DNA of 64,000 nt from an uncultured Chloroflexia bacterium (lineage in GTDB: Bacteria; Chloroflexota; Anaerolineae; CG2-30-64-16): the NCBI GenBank assembly GCA_963810095.1, contig CAWEMM010000006.1, forward strand, positions 1,088,001 to 1,152,000. Reading direction: 5' to 3'. The notes below the pieces were generated by a model, which saw only the letters and a list, made by a program, of their open reading frames with translations, did not search any database and was not told the DNA's origin. Positions 41,001 to 50,345 of this stretch are shown one piece after another. The position numbers were made by a program, and so were the translations under genes. Numbering within the stretch: position 1 is the stretch's first letter; every line of letters starts with the position of its first letter.

Positions 41001-41126
41001 CAGCAGCGCGGACACACATGCAGCAATGATGAAAAAGACGAGTGCCGCGGCCTGACGGGGCTTTCGATTAACCTGAGCGGCGCCAGTGGAAGTCACCGGC
41101 GCATCGGGAACTGCTTGAACGCTCAT
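38054..41126 (-). CDS. Secreted alpha/beta-hydrolase + DNRLRE/CBM96 + SdrD-B + TYLPMLL tail (frameshifts ~40330, ~39620, ~38258)
   Basis: Signal peptide; PLLISAHG, DPTRIYLVGHSMGG, HPEGDEKV, PGVHG; DTYINGWDP..LRFDL; corrected end DKHTYLPMLLNGSH*. Confidence 0.75.
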
Positions 41127-42049
41127 TTGCTTGGCCCGAGAAAGTATCGCAGACGGCCAGGACCAGGAAGGTTGCCGCGCGACTGGGCTCTCCGCCTTGT
41201 AAGTGATGTAGATGGTCTCTGACGAAAGCCCGAGCCGCTCGAGAGCGGAGCGGAGCCAGTCGAGGCCGAAACCATAGCCGGACGACACCGGACCACGGTG
41301 CATGGCAGCGACGCAAAAACCTGCAGCCTCAAACTGGGCTCGCCAGTAGCGCCGGGTGAACAGGGTGAACTCGCGCAGGTTGCTGCCCGATGCCCCGTGT
41401 GCCGCCGGCCACAGGAGTCGCGCCAGGTACGAGCGCTGGCCGCTCGCCACCTTCGGATTATTGTCCCAGTCGTCAGCGCCCGCCGCGGAGCCTGCCGCAG
41501 CGTCCGGCCCGGTCGTGCCCGCCCGGCGCAAGCGGCGGTCCAGCCGGCCGACGATCGCGTTCACGTAGAACCCCAGCACGTGGGTCGTCTTCCAGAACGG
41601 CGACGGGACGACATGGATGGCAATGCCGTCGTCCTGCATGACCGTCCGCATCGCCCGCAGCGCCCGGCCGGGATCTGGCAGGTGTTCCAGCATGTTCGAC
41701 GAGAAGACCAGGTCGAATGTCTGGGGTTCGAACGCCTCGTCCACCCGCTCGGCGTCGCACGTCACAAACGAAACGCGGCCGAGCGACGCCCGCGTCGCCG
41801 CGCGCGACCATCGGCCGGTTCGAGCATGGTAGGGGGACGAAAGTCTATCGGACGGTAGTCCGACGCGGTCAGGCGGCAGACGTAAGGCGCCAACAAAGTG
41901 CTCTGGAAACCATCCCCCGCGCCAAGCTCAAGGCCACACGCGAAAGCGTCCTCGGGGCACCTTTCAAAGATCATCTGGATCTCGCGGCGCCGCAGCGTGC
42001 GCAGATAAGCCAGCCAATCGGCCTTGAGGCCGGCAACGTGACGCTTCAA
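41123..42049 (-). CDS. Class I SAM methyltransferase (frameshifts ~41800, ~41175; start uncertain)
   Basis: LELGAGDGFQS, FDLVFSSNMLEHL.DP; TGATATACT extended -10 at 42138-42146. Confidence 0.75.
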
Positions 42050-42169
42050 TCCGGGTCTTGAACCTCTGTGGACATCAGGCAGCGCCGCCCGGGTGGCTTC
42101 CCATCGCTGTGGCCCGCGCACCACGCGCGGACCAGGCAGTATATCACCACGGGGCGGCGCCTCCAAACT

Positions 42170-45100
42170 TCAGCGCATTTCCGGCGTGAATTCAGCTACA
42201 ACACCGCTGATCACGAACGGAAGGTAGATACGCGGCCCCTGAAGCCCGAAACGCAGATCAAGCAGGGCGTTCGGTGCAGCGTAGATGCTATAGCTGTCGG
42301 GCGGCTGCGGTTGGCGCCAGCCGTTCGTGTGGCCAAGCTGGATCGTCCACACGCCAGGGGTCAGCGTGTAGATGGTGTACTTGCCGCCCTGGTCCGTCAA
42401 GACGCGCTGCTCGGCGCCCGCCGTGGTGGTCTCTGGCAGCGCGACGACCTCAATCCCGGCCAGCCCGCGCTCGCCCGGGTCATCCAGGCCATTGCCGTTC
42501 GCATCCTCAAACACCCGCCCGGTGATGCGGCCCATGCTCGGGTCACGAGTGGGCGTAGGCGTTGCCGTGGGCACGGGTGTCGGGGTGTACGTCGCGGTCG
42601 CGGTGGGCGTCGGCGACGGCCCCGGTGTATGGGTCGCAGTCGGCGTCTGGAGGGACGCAAGCGCGGCGTCGGCACGCACGGATACGTTGGCGCCGATGAT
42701 GAGGCCCAGGGGATTGCCCGTCAACGCCTCCATGCCGGCCGGCACGACGAATTCCACGCTGACGAGCCCGGGCTGCACCGTAGCAAATGCATAGTTGCCC
42801 TGGTCGTCGGTCCGCGTCCCGACCACGGCCCCGGCTTCCGGGACGAGCCAGATGGACACACCCCTGATGCCCGGCTCGCCCGCATCCCAGCGCGCGTTCC
42901 GATTCAGGTCGCTGAAGACGAGCCCCGTGATCTTGCCCGTCGTCGGGGTGGCCGTGGCGGTGCTCGTCGGAGACGCGGTGGCCGTCGGCGTCGCAGTCGG
43001 CGTCGCGGTGTCCGTGGGCGTCGCGCTCGGCGTCGAAGTCCGGGTTGGCTCGGGGGCGACCGGGGTGAGCGGCGCACCCGCGTAGTGCCACACCCGCCCG
43101 CTCCACTCGACCACGAAAACGTCGTCCATACCGAAAACGTACACGTCCATCAACTCGCTGCTGGCCGGGTTCTGCATTTCAGTCCAGTCCGCGCCGTTGG
43201 TGGTCCGGTAGACGACGCCACTGCCGCGGCAGGCGCCGGCCGCGCTGTCAAAGTTGGAGCAGCCGACCGCGTAGCCGTGCGTGGCGTCGAGCATGCGCAC
43301 CCGGTTGAAGGCCACCCGGGACGGGATGTTGACATTCTGCGTGGACCAGGTCTGGCCGCCGTCGGTCGTCTTGCGCAGCTCGCCCAGCGTGCCGGCCACC
43401 CAACACGTGTTAGCGTCCGTGCACGACACGCCGTTGAACGTTGCGCCGTCCGAGCCGACCGAGTGCCGCACCCACGTCACGCCGTCGTCCGTGGAGGAGA
43501 GCAGCGCGTCCTGGCTTCCGGCGGCGAAGCAGACGCCCGGCAGCGGGCACGCCAAATCGTTCTGGTCGGTACCGTAGCCCGTGCTCACCTTACCGAACGA
43601 CGTGCCGTTGGTCGACCGGAGCAGGTTGCCCTTGCTGGTGCCCACCAGCACATGTTCGTCGGTGCCGGTCCATTTGGTCGAAACCATGAAGGTCTGAAGG
43701 CCACTCGTGTTGTTGGCGAGATACCAGGTCGATCCGCCATCGTAGGTGTGCAGAACGGTGCCGTTTCTGCCCGCAATCCAGCAGCGCACGCCAGACTTGC
43801 AGTCGAGGCCCGCAAACCACGGCGCCTGGCCCACGTCCGTGCGGGTCCACGAGAGCCCGCCGTCCTTTGTCTTCAGGAACGTGCCGATGCCGGTGGTCGA
43901 GCCCCAGTCCGCGCCCCCGACGACGTACCCCGTGTTACGGTCCGTGAAATGGATGTCGCGCAAGTAGGTACTGCTGCCCTCGTACGCCTTCTCCCATCCG
44001 CTAACCACCGTAATGGGCGTCGGCGTGAAGGTGGCGGTCGCCGTGGCAGTCGGCGTCTGGGTCGGGGTATCGGTGTAAGTCGGCGTTGCGGTGGGCGTGT
44101 CGGTTGGCGTCGGCGTCGGCGTCGCCAGCGTGTGGAGCGCAAACGACAGCTCTGTCAGGGTATCGGCCGTGACGGTCGCCGGCGCCGGATTTGCCGGTGA
44201 AATCAACTCGCTGTCGGCCGGCACGGCGATCCCGACCTTCCAGTCGCCCGGCGACAAGATGTAGAAGCCGTAATGCCCGTTCTCGTCACTCGTCGCCTGG
44301 CTCATCTCCTCGTCGTTCACCGTCAGCAGGCGAAGTGCGATCCCCGGGCGCCCGGGTTCGCCCTCCTGCCGCACCCCGTCCTTGTTCAGGTCCTCGAACA
44401 CATCGCCCGCGATCATGCCGCTTCCTGTCACGGCGGTGGGCGTCCACGTGGGGGTCGAGGTAGGGGTGGGCGTCGACGTCGACGTAGAGGTCGGCGTGTG
44501 GGTGGGCGTGTTGGTGTAGGTCGGCGTTGCCGTTGCGGTTGCCGTCGGGGTGTTGGTCGCGGCCGGCGACGCGGCATAGTGCCAAATCTTGCCGGCGAAG
44601 TCGACGACGTAGTAGTCGTCCATGCTGAAGGCCCAGACATCCATGAAGTCTTTGGCCGCCGGCGCGTTGCTGACCCGGTTCCAGGTGGCGCCGTCGTCGG
44701 TGCGGTAGATCATGCCCTTGCCCAGGCAGGTATCGGTGTTGGCCGTGTCTACGTTGTCGCAGCCGACCGCATAACCGTGGCTGCTGTCCACCATCGCAAC
44801 ATCCCAGAACATGGAGGTGTTCGTCAAGCCGTTGATGGTGTTGGCGGTCCAACCTGCGCCGCTGTTCTTCGTCGACATGATGTAGGGGCCGGGGCCCTTG
44901 CCCGATACCCAGCAGGTGGCGTTGGACGTGCACGAAAGGCCGTACCAACGATAGGCGCCGGGCGAGGTCTGTGCCCAGGTCTGGCCGTCTGTGTCGCTGC
45001 GCCAGACGGCGTTCTTGCCCGCGCTGTAGCAGTAGCCTGCCGAGGGACACTCGATATCGTACTGCACGTAGCACATGTACTGGCCCGTCGCGGTGACGGC

Positions 45101-45733
45101 GGTGAAGTTCTGGCCGTTGGTCGAGCGGAGCCAGTTCGCGGTGTTGCCGGCCGACGTCGCGTCGTAGCAGGTGGTGCCCGAAAGGATAGTCGTGCCACTC
45201 CGAGTCCAGCCGGCCGACCACAGGAACTTGGTGTAGCCCGAGTTGTTGGTGAAGTTGGTCCAGGTGGCGCCGCCGTCGGTGGTCCGCTTGATCCGCATAG
45301 AGTCGTTACCCGCAACCCAGCAGTTGTTGGCATCCGTACACGTCAGGCCGCGGCCCCAGCCGCCCGTGTTCGGGATGTTGGCGGTGGTCCAGGTCTTGCC
45401 GCCGTCGGTGGTCTTGCTGATCGCGACCGGCGAGCCGTGGTCGTTGGCCGCGTTCCAGTCGGTGCCGCCCGCCACGTAACCCACGGCTTTCGAGGGAAAA
45501 TAGATGGTGTAGTAATAGACACCCGCCGGCGCCTGGTGGACCATCGTCCACGTGCCCTCAGGTGCCGTCGCCTGCTGCGGCGCACCAGTTGCGCGCACCG
45601 CACTCGCCAAGGGAGCAGCGTCGCCCCGCGCCGAGGCGACGGCGGAAAGGCCGGCCAGCAAGGCTGCGACTATGAACGGGATTACAAAAACCGCCCGGGG
45701 AAAGCGGGGACGGGTAGCGCCAGGTGCGCGCAT
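42170..45733 (-). CDS. Secreted protein: two YCF48/BNR-type beta-propellers, three SdrD-B domains, Thr/Pro linkers, IYLPFVI motif
   Basis: GGAGGAG RBS; Asp-box repeats TTDGGxTW; GxVFxDxNxxGxxDxGExG three times. Confidence 0.85.
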   Translation of the reverse strand: MRAPGATRPRFPRAVFVIPFIVAALLAGLSAVASARGDAAPLASAVRATGAPQQATAPEGTWTMVHQAPAGVYYYTIYFPSKAVGYVAGGTDWNAANDHGSPVAISKTTDGGKTWTTANIPNTGGWGRGLTCTDANNCWVAGNDSMRIKRTTDGGATWTNFTNNSGYTKFLWSAGWTRSGTTILSGTTCYDATSAGNTANWLRSTNGQNFTAVTATGQYMCYVQYDIECPSAGYCYSAGKNAVWRSDTDGQTWAQTSPGAYRWYGLSCTSNATCWVSGKGPGPYIMSTKNSGAGWTANTINGLTNTSMFWDVAMVDSSHGYAVGCDNVDTANTDTCLGKGMIYRTDDGATWNRVSNAPAAKDFMDVWAFSMDDYYVVDFAGKIWHYAASPAATNTPTATATATPTYTNTPTHTPTSTSTSTPTPTSTPTWTPTAVTGSGMIAGDVFEDLNKDGVRQEGEPGRPGIALRLLTVNDEEMSQATSDENGHYGFYILSPGDWKVGIAVPADSELISPANPAPATVTADTLTELSFALHTLATPTPTPTDTPTATPTYTDTPTQTPTATATATFTPTPITVVSGWEKAYEGSSTYLRDIHFTDRNTGYVVGGADWGSTTGIGTFLKTKDGGLSWTRTDVGQAPWFAGLDCKSGVRCWIAGRNGTVLHTYDGGSTWYLANNTSGLQTFMVSTKWTGTDEHVLVGTSKGNLLRSTNGTSFGKVSTGYGTDQNDLACPLPGVCFAAGSQDALLSSTDDGVTWVRHSVGSDGATFNGVSCTDANTCWVAGTLGELRKTTDGGQTWSTQNVNIPSRVAFNRVRMLDATHGYAVGCSNFDSAAGACRGSGVVYRTTNGADWTEMQNPASSELMDVYVFGMDDVFVVEWSGRVWHYAGAPLTPVAPEPTRTSTPSATPTDTATPTATPTATASPTSTATATPTTGKITGLVFSDLNRNARWDAGEPGIRGVSIWLVPEAGAVVGTRTDDQGNYAFATVQPGLVSVEFVVPAGMEALTGNPLGLIIGANVSVRADAALASLQTPTATHTPGPSPTPTATATYTPTPVPTATPTPTRDPSMGRITGRVFEDANGNGLDDPGERGLAGIEVVALPETTTAGAEQRVLTDQGGKYTIYTLTPGVWTIQLGHTNGWRQPQPPDSYSIYAAPNALLDLRFGLQGPRIYLPFVISGVVAEFTPEMR

Positions 45734-45764
45734 AGGACTCCTCCGCGTGTGTATGGTCGACGCG

Positions 45765-45799
45765 ATTATGGCAAGGGGGCATGAACGGACGATGAACGG
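45765..45799 (-). promoter_or_regulatory. Extended -10 plus 11-bp-spaced direct repeat (OmpR/PhoB-type box candidate)
   Basis: Minus strand CCGTTCAT-cgt-CCGTTCAT, then TGCCATAAT. Confidence 0.5.
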
Positions 45800-45832
45800 G
45801 CGGGTCTGGGGATCGTGAACGTTTCTTCACGT

Positions 45833-45862
45833 GGTGAGGGCGGGCCGCGGCCCGCCCTCACC
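45833..45862. terminator. Perfect 30-bp palindrome after the 45869 gene
   Basis: GGTGAGGGCGGGCCG/CGGCCCGCCCTCACC. Confidence 0.65.
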
Positions 45863-45868
45863 CTGGCC

Positions 45869-47257
45869 CTACTGCATCAGAATGGGCAGGTAGAGGCGAA
45901 CAATCCGCTGCGTGGGCGTGCTGGTGACCGTCGGGGTCGCAGTCGGCTCGGGCGTGGTGGTCGCAGTCGGCGTTTCGGTCGGCGTCGCGGTCGGCGTCTC
46001 CGTCAAAGTCGGGGTGGCCGTCGGCGTTTCCGTCTCGGTGGCGGTCGACGTCGGGGTCGCGGTCGGCGTCTCCGTCGCCGCGGACGGGACGGCGCCGTGC
46101 CAGATCTTGCCCGCGAAGTCGACGATGTAGATGTCGTCCATGCTGAAGGCCCAGATATCCATGTAGTCCTTCGCGGCGGGGACGTTGGTCACCGGGTTCC
46201 AGGTGGTGCCGTCCTCGGTCTTGTACAGGACGCCCTTGCCCTCGCAGCGATCCGTGCTCATATTCGGGACCGTCTGCTGGGCGCTGCAGCCGACCGCATA
46301 ACCATGTTTGGGATCGACCATCGCGACATCCCAGAATTGTCCCGTGCTTCCCAGGCCGTTGACCGTGTTCGCGTACCAGTTGGCCCCGCTGTTAGTGGTC
46401 GACTTGATGAACGGGGTGTGCCCGGTGATCCAGCAGGTGTTGTTGGAAGTGCACGATGCGCCGTACCACTGCAGTGCGCCCGGCGAGGTCTGAGCCCAGT
46501 TCTGGCCGCCGTTCTGGCTGCGCCAGACGTAGGTCTTGCCGACGCTGTAGCAGTAGTTCGCAGACGGGCACTCGATGTCGTACTGCACGTAACACATATA
46601 GGTGCCCGGGGTGCCGGGTTCACTGCCCGCGGGCGGGGGCAGCGCCAGCACGCCGCTGAACGTCTGGCCGTTGGTCGAGCGCAGCCAGTTCGCCGTCGCG
46701 CCCTTGCCCTCCACCGGATCGGGGTCGTAGCAGGTGGTGCCGGAGAGGATCGTGGTGCCGCTCTTCGTCCACCCCGCCGACCACAGCCACTTGTCATATC
46801 CCGAGTAGTTCGTAAAGGGCGTCCAGGTGCTGCCCGCATCCGTGGTCCGCAGCAGGCGGATCGAGTTGTTGCCCGTCACCCAGCAGTTGTTGGCGTCGGT
46901 GCACGTGAGGCCGCGCGCCCAGCCGTCGGTGCCGGGAATCGTCGAGGGGGTCCAGGTCTTGCCGCCGTCGGTGGTCTTGGCAATCGCGATCGGCGAACCG
47001 TGACCGTTGCTGGTGTTGTTCCAGTCCGGGCCGCCCGTCACGTACCCGACATCTGGTGTGGGGAAGTAGATGGTGTAGTAATACACACCCGCCGGCGCCT
47101 GGTGCACCAGCGTCCAGGTCAGATCGCCGGCCGCGGCCGGCGCTGCGGGCGAGGCGACGGGCCCCGCCCCGTTGCTTGCAAATACGCCGACCGCCGGGAT
47201 GGCCAGCGCGGCAATGATCAAGACCGCAAAGACAACGCGGCCCTTTCCTCGAAACAT
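45869..47257 (-). CDS. Secreted YCF48/BNR beta-propeller + Thr/Pro/Glu linker + LYLPILMQ tail
   Basis: Signal peptide, Asp-boxes, close paralog of the N-terminal propeller of the 42170-45733 protein. Confidence 0.85.
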   Translation of the reverse strand: MFRGKGRVVFAVLIIAALAIPAVGVFASNGAGPVASPAAPAAAGDLTWTLVHQAPAGVYYYTIYFPTPDVGYVTGGPDWNNTSNGHGSPIAIAKTTDGGKTWTPSTIPGTDGWARGLTCTDANNCWVTGNNSIRLLRTTDAGSTWTPFTNYSGYDKWLWSAGWTKSGTTILSGTTCYDPDPVEGKGATANWLRSTNGQTFSGVLALPPPAGSEPGTPGTYMCYVQYDIECPSANYCYSVGKTYVWRSQNGGQNWAQTSPGALQWYGASCTSNNTCWITGHTPFIKSTTNSGANWYANTVNGLGSTGQFWDVAMVDPKHGYAVGCSAQQTVPNMSTDRCEGKGVLYKTEDGTTWNPVTNVPAAKDYMDIWAFSMDDIYIVDFAGKIWHGAVPSAATETPTATPTSTATETETPTATPTLTETPTATPTETPTATTTPEPTATPTVTSTPTQRIVRLYLPILMQ

Positions 47258-47282
47258 GGTGCTTCCTCCAAATGGGGTTATC

Positions 47283-47321
47283 GGGGTGCGGCGTGCGGCC
47301 TTGGGCCGCGCGCCGCACCCC
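47283..47321. terminator. GC-rich intergenic hairpin
   Basis: GGGGTGCGGCGTGCGGCC-ttg-GGCCGCGCGCCGCACCCC. Confidence 0.5.
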
Positions 47322-47329
47322 TGGAAAGA

Positions 47330-47990
47330 CTACGGCCTGTGGCCGATGAATTTGGCGGGCACGCCGGCCGCGATGCTGTTTTCGGGCACGTCACGGGTGA
47401 CGACTGCGCCCGCGCCGATCACGGCACCCGCGCCAATGGTCACGCCGTCCAGGACGATCACGCCATAACCCAGCCATGCGCCGTCGCCGATCACGATGTC
47501 GCCGCGGGTGTGAAGCGGCTGTTTCGTAATCGGCCGGCCCCGCCGCAATGCCATGCTCGTAGGGGTAAAACGCGCAGGCGGGCGCAATCTGCACGTCGCG
47601 GCCGATCCTGATCGCACCCACATACGCGGTGAACTGGCAATTCGGCTGCACGTGTGTGTTCGGTCCGATCTCGACGCAGCCGCCCTGGCCCAACTCGATG
47701 ATCGTGCCCTTGTACAGGTGCACCCCGTCGCCCAACACGAGCTGCCCGCCGTCGCCCCGATCGAACACCACGACCTCGTCGTCCACGTAACAGTGGTTGC
47801 CGAGGCGGAGGTCGCGGCAGGTAATCTGTGCGCGCGGCGAGACATATCCCCGCCGGTTCATCTGTGCCAGCGCCCGCTTGCCCTTATAGCTGGCCGCACC
47901 CAGCGATGCCAGCCGCGTGGCCAGCCTGCCGCCGCGGCTCAGCCCACCCCGCGCCAACCAGAATTCGATCCAGCGTCTATGCAGCGACAC
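47330..47990 (-). CDS. Hexapeptide-repeat O-acyltransferase (frameshift ~47537)
   Basis: GTG after GGAGGAGG; IRIGRDVQIAP, IVIGDGAWLG.GVIVLDGVTIG.GAVIGAGAVVTRDVP...AGVPAK. Confidence 0.82.
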
Positions 47991-48007
47991 CGCGGGCCTC
48001 CTCCCGG

Positions 48008-50345
48008 TCAACCACGTCCTGCCTCGGGCGTCTGCTTGCGATACCACTCGACTGATTCTGCAAACGCCGAGCGGAGATCCGACTGTGGCATTCCGAGCTG
48101 CGCGACCGCCTTCGCCGGGTTCGCGGCCAGGCTGTCGAGGAGGCCGGTGCTGGCGGGCGCCCGGGGGCCGGGCACCGCGGGGGCCGGTGACCAGGCGCAG
48201 AAATGCGGCCTCGTCCAAATTGCCCTGACAGTGCCCCAAAATATAGGTCTCGCCCGCCGCGCCACGCTCGGCCGCCAGGAGATGGCCGGCCGCGATGTCG
48301 ACCACCGGCGCGTGGTTGATCCCTCCGGGCGGATAGGGCAGCGGCGTGCCTTGCAGCGCGGCCAGGATGCGCCTGCCGCTCGCGGTGGGCCGCCGGTCGC
48401 CCGCGCCAACGGGCGCCGTGGGCTTCACCACCACGACCTCGATCCCCGCGTCGCTCCAACTGCGCGCCAGCAACTCGCCCAGGTACTTGCTCCGCACGTA
48501 GTGGCTCGACTGGTCCCACAGGTTGAAAGGAGTGCTTTCGTCAGGCAGGGCGGGCGCGGGCGTCCTGCCGACCGTCCCAATCGTGCTGGTGTGGATGAAG
48601 CGGCCGACTCCCGCCTCCACGCACGCGGCGAGCAAAGCGCCGGTCGCACGCACGTTTACGGCAGTCATCTCGGCGGCGCGGTCCGGGCCGGCATAGAGCG
48701 CAGCGACATGGAAGCAGGCGCGGCATCCTACCAGCGCGTCCCGCCAGCCTGCCGGTGCGGCCAGGTCGCCCGGTACGATCGTGACGGACGGCAGGTCCGC
48801 CAGCATCCCCGGGTCGCTGCCCGGTCGCAGAAGCGCCAGCACGTCGGCCCCCGCCTCGATGAGGGCGCGGGCCACGTATCCGCCGATGAAGCCGCTGCCA
48901 CCGGTTAAGAAAACGCGTGATCCTGCGAGGGGATACGGCCGCGCCTGCTCGGCGAGGGGAACACCCCGCTCGCTCGCATCTGCGCCACGGGGGCGGGCCG
49001 GCGTCGGGACCTTATCGCTTTGAGCGCGCGCGCCGGACAAGGTCCGCTTCGCCCGGCTCAGCGCACGACGATACAGCGGCGGTGCGGGCCGGTTCGCCGT
49101 GCGCAAGCCCTCGAGCAGGGCAGCCGAGACAGGTTGGCTCGGCCCGTCAAGCGCAAGGCCCGAAAAACTACGGTATGCGTTGGCGTCGATCTGTGCGGAG
49201 GCCGGGAGGCGGCCGAGCGCCACCCGGGTCTGCTCGATCGACGCGGCAGACTGGCCCGGCAACCCGGCCATGACGAAGACGCGGCAGCGCAGCTCGAGCT
49301 CACGACACCACTCGGCAACCCGCTGCACCTGCGCCAGGTAGCCGGCCGCAGCACTGCTGTCGCGGACCCGGCCGAGCTGCGCCAGGAACGCGCCGTCGCC
49401 GCTCTCCATGCCGATCTTGACCGTCGTGCAGCCCGCGCGCTTCATCAGGGCCAGCAGCCCACGGTCGAAATGCTCGGGCCGCGACTCGCACTCCCAGGGC
49501 GCTGCCCGTCCGTGCGGCGGCGCCATCCGGCGCAACAGCCCTTCGCAGAGGGCCGCCACCCGTTCCCGGTCCTGGGCAAAGACGACATCGCGAAGGACCA
49601 GTCGCGGGAGACCCACGTCGCTTGCCAGCCAGACCCACTCGGCGAGCGTTCGGTCCACCGACTGGCTGCGGGTGACCAGGCCCTGGGCCGGCGCGTACGC
49701 GCAGAAACGGCACCCGGCACCACAGCCGCGGCTCGAAAGCAGCGTCGCCATGCCATACGGCTGCCAGGGAACCGCGTCCCAGGCCGGGAACGCGGTTCCG
49801 TCCAGGTCGGCCATCAGGTTCCCGGGCAGGTAAGCATCCGGCGCCAGCTCGCCCGCAGCCAGGTTCCCGCGGGCCCCGTCCAGCACTGCGTCGAGCGCGG
49901 CGGGCAATGCCAGCTCGGGTTCGCCCAGCAGCACGGCATCGGCAAGGCCCTCCTCGACCCAGCCCGCACTTGCCAGGTGCGCGGACGGACCGGTGAGAAG
50001 CAGCTTGGGTGCGCGGCGGCCACGGTACAGCGCGCGCAACAGGCGCAGAAAGTTCAGGTCCGCTTCGGCCGTACCCACCGAGACATGGATCACCAGGATG
50101 CTGCCCGGCGTCCCGACGACTTGCCGGGCGAAGGGCGCGGGCAGGCTCCTGGCGCCGTCCAGGCAAATCGCTTCATAGCCGGCCGCCCGTGCTTCAGCCA
50201 GGCACGCGGCAATCAGGTGTGGCGGGTAGGCAAAGCCGCCGCTCCCGGGGAGCAGCCCGCCCATCCCCGAGGTGGCCTCGTGGTTGGCCGTCATGTCGGG
50301 CAGGGGCGGAGCATTGACGAAGACCAGGCGGGTCGTTTCGGTCAT
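48008..50345 (-). CDS. HpnJ-like B12-binding radical SAM fused to an HpnA-like NAD-dependent epimerase/reductase (frameshift ~48150)
   Basis: SSRGCGAGCRFC, W.CESR, MKRAGC..V.IG.ESG, FVMAGLPG; in-frame VFLTGGSGFIG, FHVAALY, YVRSK, PTAPVGAGDRRPTASG. Confidence 0.8.

Noticed and set aside
37308-41765. Methyltransferase-secreted protein fusions (37308..39824 and 40071..41765)
   Set aside because: Frameshift artefacts; corrected frames give separate genes with overlapping stop/start codons
47391-48150. Triple fusion radical SAM-SDR-acyltransferase (984 aa)
   Set aside because: The SDR C-terminus continues in another frame to 48008 and the acyltransferase has its own GGAGGAGG RBS; only the radical SAM-SDR join is retained
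48008-50345. Hopanoid biosynthesis cluster
   Set aside because: No shc, hpnC/D/E, hpnH or hpnN in the window
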